From NCBI GenBank assembly GCA_016207665.1, contig JACQPG010000024.1, positions 15,900-79,899 on the forward strand: a stretch of 64,000 nucleotides of DNA. The letters are read 5' to 3'. Positions 1 to 9,704 of the stretch are shown in pieces (the stretch's first letter is position 1; each line of letters begins with the position of its first letter). Origin of the DNA: Elusimicrobiota bacterium. GTDB lineage: Bacteria; Elusimicrobiota; Elusimicrobia; UBA1565; UBA9628. Position numbers and translations under genes: made by a program. Below the pieces are notes generated by a model, which saw nothing but the letters and a program-made list of their open reading frames with translations, made no database searches and was not told the origin of the DNA.

Positions 1-1524
1 ATATTCGGTACATTCGCGGCGGCTTTTTTTGTAGACACCCTTGACCAGCTTGTTTTAGCCACAAACAATGGATCTCTTTATATTCTGACTAACGACGCCG
101 ACATGCTAGCCTTTGCTTCAGAGAGGTATTTTCTTGAAAAAACAGCAGAAGCCATGAATCTGGACGCTAAGGCGGATTTTAGAATACGTCAAGTGGTCTC
201 AGGAACGGGCGTCGTGCTGGATTTGAGACGGTTCCACCTGCAAGAATTCACGTTTTCGGATATCCCTAAGAAATCCGAGGCGCTGGTGGACATGCCGCGA
301 CCCTATCGGGTTGTAACACAATCTTTATCAGATGGAAGACCTCAAAGAGAGCTAATTCTGGATCCCGCAAAAATCGCAGCTCATCCGACGGCCCGGACGG
401 AGGCCGGCCTTTTGGAGTTCAATATTGAAGAAATTCAAACTCTTCGTCGCTGCGTCAAGTGTATTCTTCCGGAGACTTTTCCGTTTATTGAATACGACCG
501 ATCAGGGATCTGTAATTACTGCAAAAACTATAGGGTGAGGAATGAGCCCAAACCTATCGAGGAGCTGCTTGCCCTTGTCGAACCTTATCGCCGTACTGAT
601 GGAGGATACGACTGCATAGTTCCGTATAGCGGGGGAAGGGATAGTACGCATACGTTGCATATAATAAAGAATGTGTTGAAACTTAATCCTGTCGCTTTCA
701 CGTATGACTGGGGCATGGTAAACGACCTCGCCCGACGCAATATCGCGCGAGTTTGCGGTAAGCTCGGGGTGGAGAACATTTTAGTTTCAGCTGACATCGC
801 GCTGAAGCGTAAGAACATCCGCAAAAATATTCTCGCCTGGCTGAAAAACCCCAGTTTAGGGATGATTCCTCTTTTCATGGCTGGGGATAAATATTTCTTT
901 CATTACACCGACCAGGTCAAAAAACAAACAGGAATACGGTTGAATATATGGGGAGTAAATCCTTTGGAGAACACGGATTTTAAGGTGGGATTCCTGGGTG
1001 TTCCGCCAGATTTTAACAAGAGACGTATCTATTCTCTTTCAGTAAAAAGACAGGGTAAATTGCTTTCGAGCATCGGCTGGAATATCCTAAGAAACCCACG
1101 CTACATAAACAGTTCGGTCTGGGACACCTTGGGATCTTTTGTTTCCCGATCCATAGTGCCGCATCGTGACTATTACCATTTATACGATTATTATCGCTGG
1201 GACGAAAATGAGATTGAGAGATTGGTACGCGAGGAATACAAGTGGGAAACTGCCATAGATACCAAAACGACTTGGCGGATCGGCGACGGGACGGCGCCAT
1301 TTTACAACTATATCTACTATACTGTGGCCGGATTTTCAGAGCATGATACATTTCGAAGCAATCAAATTCGGGAGGGGATGTTAAGCCGCGAAGAGGGATT
1401 GCGGCTTGTCATGGAAGAAAATCGGCCGCGCTATGCTTCTATTAAATGGTATACGGGGATTCTTCAATTGGATTTTACCTCGACGATGCGTGGCATAAAC
1501 GCTATTCCCAAGCTCTATCGATAG
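1..1524 (+). CDS. N-acetyl-sugar amidotransferase (WbuX/WbpG-like PP-loop) fused to a class II glutamine amidotransferase-like N-terminus; 5' end lies outside the window
   Basis: Frame 1 is open from base 1 (IFGTFAAAFF...LVLATNNGSLY...LAFASE, GATase-II-like), followed by CVKC...CNYC Zn motifs and the PP-loop SGGRDS. Confidence 0.8.
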   Translation: MFGTFAAAFFVDTLDQLVLATNNGSLYILTNDADMLAFASERYFLEKTAEAMNLDAKADFRIRQVVSGTGVVLDLRRFHLQEFTFSDIPKKSEALVDMPRPYRVVTQSLSDGRPQRELILDPAKIAAHPTARTEAGLLEFNIEEIQTLRRCVKCILPETFPFIEYDRSGICNYCKNYRVRNEPKPIEELLALVEPYRRTDGGYDCIVPYSGGRDSTHTLHIIKNVLKLNPVAFTYDWGMVNDLARRNIARVCGKLGVENILVSADIALKRKNIRKNILAWLKNPSLGMIPLFMAGDKYFFHYTDQVKKQTGIRLNIWGVNPLENTDFKVGFLGVPPDFNKRRIYSLSVKRQGKLLSSIGWNILRNPRYINSSVWDTLGSFVSRSIVPHRDYYHLYDYYRWDENEIERLVREEYKWETAIDTKTTWRIGDGTAPFYNYIYYTVAGFSEHDTFRSNQIREGMLSREEGLRLVMEENRPRYASIKWYTGILQLDFTSTMRGINAIPKLYR

Positions 1525-2769
1525 ATGAACATCTGGTACCTATCCGCCCATGACCAGCCGCGAGGCCAATCAGCAAGGACATATGATTTTGCTCGAGAAC
1601 TGATTGGCCGGGGGCACCAGGTGACTATGTTTGCCAACAGTTACTGCCATTGGACCCATGCGGATCGTTTGGGCCCCCAGGAAAAATGGCGCTTTGAAGA
1701 GATAGACGGCATTCGGGTTGTATGGCTTCGTACCATCCACTATGAAGGGAACGGACTGATGCGCGGATTAAACATGCTCTCTAATGCATGGCGCTCTTTG
1801 CAAGTCTCTCGCATCCTCTCGGATAGGCCGGATGTGGTTATAGGCCCTTCTGTGCCTCTTGGCACTGGTTGGGCTGCTTCTAGGATTGCTCGGACTAAAA
1901 AGGCGTCTTTTGTCTTCGAGGTCAGGGATGTATGGCCAATTGCGCTGGTTGACGATGGCAGCCTTTCAAGATACAGTCCGGTGTATTATGCATTCCGCTA
2001 TATTGAAAAAATGCTTTACCGCAGGGCGCAACGCATTTCAGCAACAATGCCCTTTGTTGCCCGCCATGTTTTCGAAGGAGGGGGCGATCCCGGAAAAGTC
2101 GTGTGGATCCCCAATGGGGTCGCCCTTGAGAGATTCGCGGGTTTTGAAGGATATTCGGGAGGAGGGAAACTTCCGTTGGTCGTGATGTATGTCGGCGGTT
2201 TCGGCGCCGCGCACGACGTTATAACCGTCGTGAGGGCGGCTGCGATTCTTCAACGAAAGGGAAACGATAAGTTTCGATTTGTGATCGTGGGCAATGGCGT
2301 TAAACGGCCCGAATGTGAGCGCGAAGCGTCATTAAATAAATTGATAAATATCGAATTTCGGAATCCCGTGCCAAAAGCAGACGTCCCTAAAATTCAGAGG
2401 GAGGCGGATATTTTTGTGGCATGTGTCCTGAATTCTGCGGCATATCGTTTTGGACTTAACCTCAACAAGATATTTGATTATTTCGCATCGGGAAGGCCAG
2501 TTATATTTGCCGGTAAAACGCCGAATGATCCTATTGCCGAAACTGGCGCGGGATTTAGCATCCCTCCGGAAGATCCCGAGGCGATGGTAGAAGCGTTGGA
2601 GAAATATCTGGAGATGCATCCAGCAGAAAGAATTGCAATGGGGAAGCGCGGCCGTGCCTGGGTGGAAAGGAAGTTTGACATGAAAAATCTTGGCGAACGG
2701 ATGGAATGTTTATTGTTGCAGGCAAAAAATGACAACGGACTCGCACGGGAGGTTGATAATGGCTCTTGA
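1525..2769 (+). CDS. GT4 glycosyltransferase (WbuB-like)
   Basis: FEVRDVWP, IPNGV, MYVGGFG and NKIFDYFASGRPVI motifs. Confidence 0.9.
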   Translation: MNIWYLSAHDQPRGQSARTYDFARELIGRGHQVTMFANSYCHWTHADRLGPQEKWRFEEIDGIRVVWLRTIHYEGNGLMRGLNMLSNAWRSLQVSRILSDRPDVVIGPSVPLGTGWAASRIARTKKASFVFEVRDVWPIALVDDGSLSRYSPVYYAFRYIEKMLYRRAQRISATMPFVARHVFEGGGDPGKVVWIPNGVALERFAGFEGYSGGGKLPLVVMYVGGFGAAHDVITVVRAAAILQRKGNDKFRFVIVGNGVKRPECEREASLNKLINIEFRNPVPKADVPKIQREADIFVACVLNSAAYRFGLNLNKIFDYFASGRPVIFAGKTPNDPIAETGAGFSIPPEDPEAMVEALEKYLEMHPAERIAMGKRGRAWVERKFDMKNLGERMECLLLQAKNDNGLAREVDNGS

Positions 2770-3598
2770 AGATCGCAAGCAACGTGAGATAGAACATTCC
2801 GACCATAGGCGGCAAATTGTGACAGGTTTTGAATATCTGTCCGATTCTGAAAATGCGGCGCAGGCGAGGATTGTCGCCCCGGCCAAGTTCGAGCAGCACT
2901 TTTCGAATGCCAAATTCTATGCAATCGCTCAATCGAGCTTTGCCTGGCGCGACGAAATCCTTCGTCGTCGTTGTCCAGGGAAAATCTGCCTAGATTATTG
3001 TTGCGGCAACGGCGAGGTGGCGCTCCTCATGGCCAAAATGGGGGCAAGGAAGGCCTATGGTATCGATCTCTCCCCGGTAGCGGTGGAAAATGCCGGGCGG
3101 CTGGCACTTGATGCTGGCGTTGGGGATCGGACGCATTACGCGGTCATGGATGCGGAACAGATGCAGTTCCCGGATAATACTTTTGATGTGATACACGTCT
3201 ATGGGGCATTGCATCATCTGGAATTGAAGTCGGCGCTGGCTGAATTATCCCGTGTATTGAAACCGGATGGAATAATAGTCTGTACTGAGGCTCTGCGCCA
3301 CAATCCGGCCATCCATTGGTACCGCAGGCGCACGCCACATCTGCGCACAGAGTGGGAGGTGGAGCATATCCTGGGCGTTCCTGACATCCGCACTGCAAGT
3401 GCCTGGTTCGGGGCTGTTCGTGTTCGTTTCTTCCATCTATTTACGCTCCTTGCAGTTCCCTTCAGAAAAATAATCTTTTTCCGCCAACTGCTTTGGCTGC
3501 TTGACTGGGCTGACGCTGTAGTCTTGAGAATTCCAGGCCTTCGCTGGATGGCGTGGCAGGCCGTTTTCACCCTGGAGAAGCCAAGAAAGTGGAAGTAA
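2759..3598 (+). CDS. class I SAM-dependent methyltransferase
   Basis: LDYCCGNGE motif I, FDVI, ALHH, LKPDG; ATG 2759 follows a GGAGG SD. Confidence 0.85.
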   Translation: MALEDRKQREIEHSDHRRQIVTGFEYLSDSENAAQARIVAPAKFEQHFSNAKFYAIAQSSFAWRDEILRRRCPGKICLDYCCGNGEVALLMAKMGARKAYGIDLSPVAVENAGRLALDAGVGDRTHYAVMDAEQMQFPDNTFDVIHVYGALHHLELKSALAELSRVLKPDGIIVCTEALRHNPAIHWYRRRTPHLRTEWEVEHILGVPDIRTASAWFGAVRVRFFHLFTLLAVPFRKIIFFRQLLWLLDWADAVVLRIPGLRWMAWQAVFTLEKPRKWK

Positions 3599-4557
3599 TC
3601 AACATAGCTGGCATGCGCGCATCCCGTATCGGTTTCGGGTGCGCCGCAATCGGCGGCTATGATTATGGTCCTGTTGATGACGAGGTCAGCCTGCGAGCCG
3701 TGGAGGCAGCGTTCGATGCCGGCGTCACTCTTTTCGATGTGGCTGATATCTATGGGCTCGGTCATGCCGAATGTATCCTCGCCAAGGGCCTTGGCAGGCG
3801 GCGCAAGGAAGTCGTCATTGCCACCAAATTCGGTGTCCGCTGGGACGCCCAGACGCGCCACACCTTTAAGGACATCAGTTCGGGCTATGCGCGCAAGGCA
3901 CTGGAAGCCAGCCTAAGACGTTTACGTCTAGATTGCATCCCGCTCTACCAAGTCCATTGGCCGGATGGCACGACTCCGATAGAGGATGTACTGGAGGAGC
4001 TCGATCGTTGCCGCAAAGCCGGCAAGCTGCGGGCCATTGGAATGTGCAATTTCGATCCACACAAGGATGGCGGCGCAATCGCCGAATTCGACGTCAATAC
4101 CATTCAACTGCCGTTCAGCCTGATCGATAGTTGCCATCGCGCTGCTTTTGATTATGGGCGCAACAGACTTGGTGTCAGAACCTTGGCTTACAATGTGCTG
4201 GCGCACGGTTTCCTCAGCGGAAAATATGCGCCCGATTCCACATTCACTGGATCCGACTTGCGCACGCGGAAGAATTCCTTTCTGCAAGGCGATGCGGACG
4301 CAAATTGGCGTGTTGTCGAGCTGTTGAAAGCGGCTGCCGATCGTCTTGGCGTGACGCCGGCGCAGATAGCCATTCGATGGGCCTTAAACCAGTCGTCCGT
4401 AGACTGCGTACTAGTGGGAGCGAAAGATGTCGCACAGTCACGCCAGAATGCGAACGCCATCAATATGACCTTACCGGTAGACATTGCTGCGGCTCTGGAT
4501 GAGGCTGCAAAGGGCCTTGCTGGCCGTGGCTATGCCAAGCCATCCCATGCCCAATGA
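3589..4557 (+). CDS. aldo/keto reductase
   Basis: IGFGC, FDVADIYG, IATKFG, SLRRL...LYQVHWPD, AQIAIRW; GTG start inferred. Confidence 0.88.
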   Translation: MEVINIAGMRASRIGFGCAAIGGYDYGPVDDEVSLRAVEAAFDAGVTLFDVADIYGLGHAECILAKGLGRRRKEVVIATKFGVRWDAQTRHTFKDISSGYARKALEASLRRLRLDCIPLYQVHWPDGTTPIEDVLEELDRCRKAGKLRAIGMCNFDPHKDGGAIAEFDVNTIQLPFSLIDSCHRAAFDYGRNRLGVRTLAYNVLAHGFLSGKYAPDSTFTGSDLRTRKNSFLQGDADANWRVVELLKAAADRLGVTPAQIAIRWALNQSSVDCVLVGAKDVAQSRQNANAINMTLPVDIAAALDEAAKGLAGRGYAKPSHAQ

Positions 4558-5306
4558 TACGGTGCATCGATGTGCTGGCCTCCATCCTTGGGCTAATCGC
4601 ATGCGCCCCACTTTTATGCATATGTTGTTTGCTTATCTGGCTACGTGATTTCCGCAGTCCCATCTATGTGGCTTCACGGATCGGACTCGGCGGAAGGAAT
4701 TTCCAGATGTTCAAATTGCGGTCCATGGTGGTCGAGGCTGAGCGGATCGGCGGTTCTTCCTCCGGTGCGAACGACCCACGGATTACACCGCTTGGGAAAG
4801 TTATCCGCCAGTCGAAATTGGACGAGCTCATGCAGCTGTGGAACGTCCTGAGGGGCGATATGAGCTTGGTTGGACCACGCCCCCAGGTCGGTTGGGCGGT
4901 TAGAGATTATACGGCTACAGAACGTCGTCTTCTTAGTGTACGGCCGGGAATTACCGATCCTTCCAGCATTGTATTTGCTGACCAGGATGATATCCTTACC
5001 GGAACAGACGATCCAGACTTGCTCTACAACCAGATTATCCGGCCATGGAAGAGCCGTCTGGCATTGCTATATGTAGAGCGGGGGGATTTCCGCAGCTATT
5101 GTGAACTCATTTTTACCACAGTCTTAGGAATTTTGTCGCGGCGTTGGGCTTTGAATCGGATTAATCACATCATCGCCCGTCTCGGTGCCGATGAGGAACT
5201 CTTGCGTGTCGCCCGCCGGGATAGGCCTCTATACGCCGCCGCGCCGCCCGGGGCTAACGCGATCGTTAGCCATACTGATTCAAGGCTTGGTCACCAGTTG
5301 TTGTAG
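4554..5306 (+). CDS. sugar transferase (small phosphoglycosyl transferase, PglC/WcaJ C-terminal family)
   Basis: FKLRSM, DPRIT, KLDELMQLWNVLRGDMSLVGPRP, RPGIT. Confidence 0.92.
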   Translation: MIRCIDVLASILGLIACAPLLCICCLLIWLRDFRSPIYVASRIGLGGRNFQMFKLRSMVVEAERIGGSSSGANDPRITPLGKVIRQSKLDELMQLWNVLRGDMSLVGPRPQVGWAVRDYTATERRLLSVRPGITDPSSIVFADQDDILTGTDDPDLLYNQIIRPWKSRLALLYVERGDFRSYCELIFTTVLGILSRRWALNRINHIIARLGADEELLRVARRDRPLYAAAPPGANAIVSHTDSRLGHQLL

Positions 5307-5310
5307 ATCG

Positions 5311-5330
5311 TATAATCGCCATTAGAGGAG
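5311..5330 (+). promoter_or_regulatory. putative -10 box (TATAAT) and SD (GAGGAG) of the 5339 methyltransferase
   Basis: Perfect TATAAT at 5311-5316 and GAGGAG 8 nt before the ATG. Confidence 0.5.
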
Positions 5331-5338
5331 ACACTCAG

Positions 5339-6040
5339 ATGAAGGAATCTTATCTTCGAGGCACTGATGAGGCACTCGATTACTGGACCAAACGAAGAGG
5401 CGCCGGCGACTTCGCTCAAAAGAGCCTGGCCGCGTTCAACATCGCACAGACGACCTACCGCACCGACGCGCTCTTCCGAGCGATCCATTTTATGGAAAAG
5501 AGCGGTCTTGATGTAGAAAGGGCCCAGGTGCTCGATATCGGCTCGGGCCAGGGCATGGGTCTTTATCCGTTTCTGTTAACCGGCTTCACAGTGTCGCAGC
5601 TGCATGGCATCGAGCAACAGGAAGCCCGCGTCCAGGTCGGCAAAGAGGTCTTACCCATCCTTGATATCCAACGGGGGGATGCCGCGCACTTGCCTTATGA
5701 GGCCGAGAGCTTCGATATCGTTTCGGAGCAGTTTTGCTTCTGCCATATCCCTGATGAAACGATCAAACCGAAGATCGCTGGAGAGATGCTTCGGGTGCTA
5801 AGGCCAGGGGGGTTTGCCATGATCCTCGACTGGCGCTTCCGTAGTCCCCGCCATCAAATTTATGGGCTCGGGGTTCGGAGAATCCAGGAACTGTTTGGTC
5901 TACCGGTTGTCGGTCGATTCCCAGCGCAATTATGGCCTCAAGTCGGTCGCCCTCTAAGTCAGTATATGCCGTCACTTTACCCCTTGGCCCGTCGCATCCC
6001 ATTTCTTACCGGATCATGGATAACTCTTTTGAAGAAATAA
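5339..6040 (+). CDS. class I SAM-dependent methyltransferase
   Basis: VLDIGSGQG, GDAAHLPY, FDIV, RVLRPGG. Confidence 0.85.
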   Translation: MKESYLRGTDEALDYWTKRRGAGDFAQKSLAAFNIAQTTYRTDALFRAIHFMEKSGLDVERAQVLDIGSGQGMGLYPFLLTGFTVSQLHGIEQQEARVQVGKEVLPILDIQRGDAAHLPYEAESFDIVSEQFCFCHIPDETIKPKIAGEMLRVLRPGGFAMILDWRFRSPRHQIYGLGVRRIQELFGLPVVGRFPAQLWPQVGRPLSQYMPSLYPLARRIPFLTGSWITLLKK

Positions 6041-6055
6041 AGTTCCGGGAGCCTA

Positions 6056-7195
6056 TTACGGACGCCCGGGCTGATCGTGCAGTATCTGTCCGTACAGCTG
6101 CTTGATTTTGCTCGCTTGGGTCTCCCATCGATAGTTCTCAAGAGCGGCTTGCCTGGCATTGGATGCATACCACACGCAAAGTTCGGGGTCTGCCAGGAGC
6201 GTCTTGATCGCTTTAGATATCTTCACTGGGTCGTGGGGGTCGACAGCAATGCCGCATTCATGCCTTTTGATGAAGGCCTCCCATTTGGGAAAATTGGGAA
6301 CGACAACCGGCAATCCGGCCGCCATCGCCTCGAACAACCTATTGGAGCGGATATCATAATGGTTCGGGCAATCAGAAAATAGATTGATTGAGATGGACGC
6401 ATCGAGCATCCGTTGGATGACCGTGCCGAATGGGACGCTTCCTATGTACTCGACTTTCGACCAATAAGCCCTCAGTTTGCATGTGTCCAGCAGGGCTTGG
6501 TCGTTGTGATTCCCGCCGATAATGGCCGCGAAGGATTCTTCGCGAATCAATTCGAGAGCGTCTACGAACTCCGGGAAGCATCTTTTCAACGATGCTCCCC
6601 CTAAGAAGAGAATCCGGCGGTTGGCGTACCTTTGCCGAGAGATGGCAGCACCGAGCAGCTCCGGGCCGATATTCGGGTAATTGTGCGCTGAGACCACTTT
6701 GGCGCCGCTTAATGTGGTGAACTTCTCGCGAAGTTCGTCATCGGCTGTGACGGTACCGTCGAATATCTTGACTGAAAGTTTGAGAGCCAACTGCATGATC
6801 AAGGCAATGAGTGGCCTTAGGGGGCGGGGAATCCATTCTTTAGCGAGAACATCCCCAGGGTAGTTTTCATGAATGTCGATGACGACCTTTCCTCCCAAAA
6901 CCTTCAGTAGCATCCCAAAGGGGATCAGATCCGGATCATGAAAATGATAGAGGTCGCCGTTGAGCTGCCATGCCTTGTGGAAAATTCGGAAAGTCGTCAT
7001 GAAAAAACGGCCGAATCGGGTCTTGGCTCGAGTGATGGTGATAGTCGTCGCGCCATTCAACGTCGTCTCTTCGCACGAGGAAGATGGTGCCACTAGATAC
7101 GTTTCATAACCCGACGCAGCCAGAGAAGTGATTTCCTTGTAATAGATCCGATTGTCGGTTGGAGGATGCGCCGATGTGAAATGAACAATCCGCAT
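6056..7195 (-). CDS. GT4 glycosyltransferase
   Basis: HPPTDNRIYYKE, YHFHDPDL, DIHENYP, NRLFEAMAAGLPVV. Confidence 0.9.
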   Translation of the reverse strand: MRIVHFTSAHPPTDNRIYYKEITSLAASGYETYLVAPSSSCEETTLNGATTITITRAKTRFGRFFMTTFRIFHKAWQLNGDLYHFHDPDLIPFGMLLKVLGGKVVIDIHENYPGDVLAKEWIPRPLRPLIALIMQLALKLSVKIFDGTVTADDELREKFTTLSGAKVVSAHNYPNIGPELLGAAISRQRYANRRILFLGGASLKRCFPEFVDALELIREESFAAIIGGNHNDQALLDTCKLRAYWSKVEYIGSVPFGTVIQRMLDASISINLFSDCPNHYDIRSNRLFEAMAAGLPVVVPNFPKWEAFIKRHECGIAVDPHDPVKISKAIKTLLADPELCVWYASNARQAALENYRWETQASKIKQLYGQILHDQPGRP

Positions 7196-7198
7196 AAA

Positions 7199-8404
7199 TC
7201 AGGCACGCCTCGCGGCAGGCAGGTGAAGGGTCTTTCTTGCGTGGAGGCTGGGGGAAGAAAGCGCCTGACCGTTCAGCCAAGCCAGTAATAATCCAAGGAA
7301 TACATATAGATACCGGGCGCTTGTGAACCCCCCGCTCTTGGAAAAATTGAACATCATATAAGTTGCGAGCATAAGGAGATAAGTCCCGGTCCTTGATTTG
7401 ATCGCCATCGGCGTCAATTGAAGCAGCCGCAAGAGCCCCAGCGAAAACAACAGGAAACCAAATACCCCGGTCTCGGCAAAAGCCTCCAAAAACAGGTTGT
7501 GAGGATAATTATGTTCATCAATGCCATAGGCAGCTAATCCATAGCCTCCAAGACCGACGCCCAGCAATGGATGCTCAAAAATGATCTGCAAGGCGATCAG
7601 AAACAGGGGTAGGCGGAGGGCTTTCTCCAGTGATTCCTCCCATCCGCCGACGATTCGTTGTCTGAGGAACCCCGCGCCCTCCCATTGGAGGAGCGCGAAC
7701 AGCAATACGGCGCCGAATGCGAGGGAACCCACCGTGCGCCGGTTAAAAACCCTAACCCGGCCGTGGCGAATCATCAAATAAATCGCGACCGTCATCAGAA
7801 GAAATAGAAACGGTCCTCGCGCGCCGACCAGAGCTATAGCGGCACCGCCCATCATGGCTATGCCGATACTCGTGAGCGTCGGCCTTGATAGCAACGTGAG
7901 TATACCCAGGCCGATAGTCGTTCCAATCGTGAGATAGTCGTGCGTCTCACCTGCCTTTCCCTTCGCGAGGAGCTGCCCAATGGTGTCTGTTCGATACATG
8001 TTCAGGATGATGGCGATGGCGATAAGGCCCGTGAATGCCAGCCAGAAAGTAAAGGAGGAAAAATCCTCCGTCTTCTTAAAGCAGAGCAAGGGGAAGATGA
8101 AAGTAATGATGTTTAGGATGATCGAAAGGGCTTTTGTGTGCACGAACGTGCTCGATATTGAATAGGCCGACGTTCCGAGATACCATAAGAGAAATGCCAG
8201 CGAATACAAAATGGCCGGCCGAACTTCTGGGATGAATCGGTGGCGCCGCAGCATGACCGAGGACATCAATATCAGTGCGGTGGGAATCCCGAAGAGGATG
8301 GTCGCGTCGATGGGGAAAATATCAAAGGGTTTTAGGAGACCTGAGAATACAAAGAGAAAATAGACGCCACATTTTAGAAACGAAGTAATGCTTCTAAGGC
8401 TCAT
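7199..8404 (-). CDS. O-antigen polymerase/ligase family membrane protein (Wzy_C)
   Basis: About 10 hydrophobic segments; GARGP, PLLGVGLGGY and YPHNLFLE motifs. Confidence 0.82.
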   Translation of the reverse strand: MSLRSITSFLKCGVYFLFVFSGLLKPFDIFPIDATILFGIPTALILMSSVMLRRHRFIPEVRPAILYSLAFLLWYLGTSAYSISSTFVHTKALSIILNIITFIFPLLCFKKTEDFSSFTFWLAFTGLIAIAIILNMYRTDTIGQLLAKGKAGETHDYLTIGTTIGLGILTLLSRPTLTSIGIAMMGGAAIALVGARGPFLFLLMTVAIYLMIRHGRVRVFNRRTVGSLAFGAVLLFALLQWEGAGFLRQRIVGGWEESLEKALRLPLFLIALQIIFEHPLLGVGLGGYGLAAYGIDEHNYPHNLFLEAFAETGVFGFLLFSLGLLRLLQLTPMAIKSRTGTYLLMLATYMMFNFSKSGGFTSARYLYVFLGLLLAWLNGQALSSPSLHARKTLHLPAARRA

Positions 8405-9704
8405 AGAGCGGCAATCTGCGGGCCGGTTTTTGGACGATTGCTTTTAGTTCAGCCCATGAGAGGTTAATGAAATCGCGCGGTTTCACGGAAAATGTTCCGG
8501 AAAAGACAGCCGCAATAAACCCAAACGAACAAAGAGACGCGATCAGGTTGCTCCATGCTGCCCCTTGAAGGCCCATGCGCGGAAGGAGTGCATATGACAA
8601 TACAGCTATGACCAGAAGATTGATCATCATCATCTGGGTTCCGTATTTCTGCATCGCTCGGCCAGCCAACGAGTTAAAGAGAATGCCGCTCAAAGCGGAG
8701 GGAAGCATGGCGATCGTCAAAAGTGTCATCGTTCTTTCACTGCCGGCGAATTGTGCTCCGAAGAGAATTGACACGATGGCTTCAGGAAACATCATGATGG
8801 GAACGAGGCACGCCACGCTTGCGATTGCGACTATCTTGACCACGGAAACGGTCAAGCGCGCGCCGTGAGATAAGTCCCGGCTGGCGGAGACATGCGCATA
8901 AAGCACCGTCGATAGTTGCTGCGGCAGGTTCGCGAACATCGTCGGGATGGTGTTTGCCGCCGTGAAGAGGCCGACCGACCGCGTCCCCACAAAGTAACTG
9001 AGCAGGAAGTAGTTGATGCGTTGTGAGACAAAGGTTCCAATTTGCATCGCTAACAGATGGATGCCCTGCTGATACGCCTGCAGGATGATTCGCGGTCGGA
9101 TGGCGGCGATGGAGCAGGTAGTTTTAAAGCCCACCGAAGTGGATATTAAAAGCAGCAAAACTAACAGCCGAGATATTAGATAGGCGGAGAGAACGCTTAT
9201 TAGTGACAGCCACCTTAACTGCCACGCCGCGAAAATGCCTGCTAGGAAAACAAGATCCTCGAAGACGACCGACTGATTGTAAGCATTAAATCGCTTGCTG
9301 CCCAACAGCAGATGGCGCAGCTCGGTCATCAGGACTGTAAGGCTCGTTATGGCGATGACATATGAAATCTCAAGGGGGGACAATTGGGAGACTCGCGCCA
9401 GGATTAGATAAGAAGGGATGGCAAAGAGCATGGAGAGTGCGAGAAAATAGAAGAAGATCGTGCTGGCGATCTCTCGTGTGGAGAATGCTTCGGAAGCGAT
9501 CAGTTGGATAGAAGCGACGGATATTCCGGAGTCAACCAGCGCGGCCGCGAGACTGATGGACAGCATGACGATAGCCAAGGAGCCGCGGAGATCCGGCCCG
9601 AGCAGTCGCGCTAAAATGATGCTGGTAATCGAGCCAAAGATAAGTATAGGCACCCGCCAAGATATCATCTGAATGGAATCGGAGGCAAAGGACATTTCAA
9701 TCAC
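8394..9704 (-). CDS. wzx: oligosaccharide flippase (Wzx)
   Basis: ILARLLGP..RG, multi-TM, VGLFT, GLQGAAWS. Confidence 0.85.
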   Translation of the reverse strand: MIEMSFASDSIQMISWRVPILIFGSITSIILARLLGPDLRGSLAIVMLSISLAAALVDSGISVASIQLIASEAFSTREIASTIFFYFLALSMLFAIPSYLILARVSQLSPLEISYVIAITSLTVLMTELRHLLLGSKRFNAYNQSVVFEDLVFLAGIFAAWQLRWLSLISVLSAYLISRLLVLLLLISTSVGFKTTCSIAAIRPRIILQAYQQGIHLLAMQIGTFVSQRINYFLLSYFVGTRSVGLFTAANTIPTMFANLPQQLSTVLYAHVSASRDLSHGARLTVSVVKIVAIASVACLVPIMMFPEAIVSILFGAQFAGSERTMTLLTIAMLPSALSGILFNSLAGRAMQKYGTQMMMINLLVIAVLSYALLPRMGLQGAAWSNLIASLCSFGFIAAVFSGTFSVKPRDFINLSWAELKAIVQKPARRLPLYEP

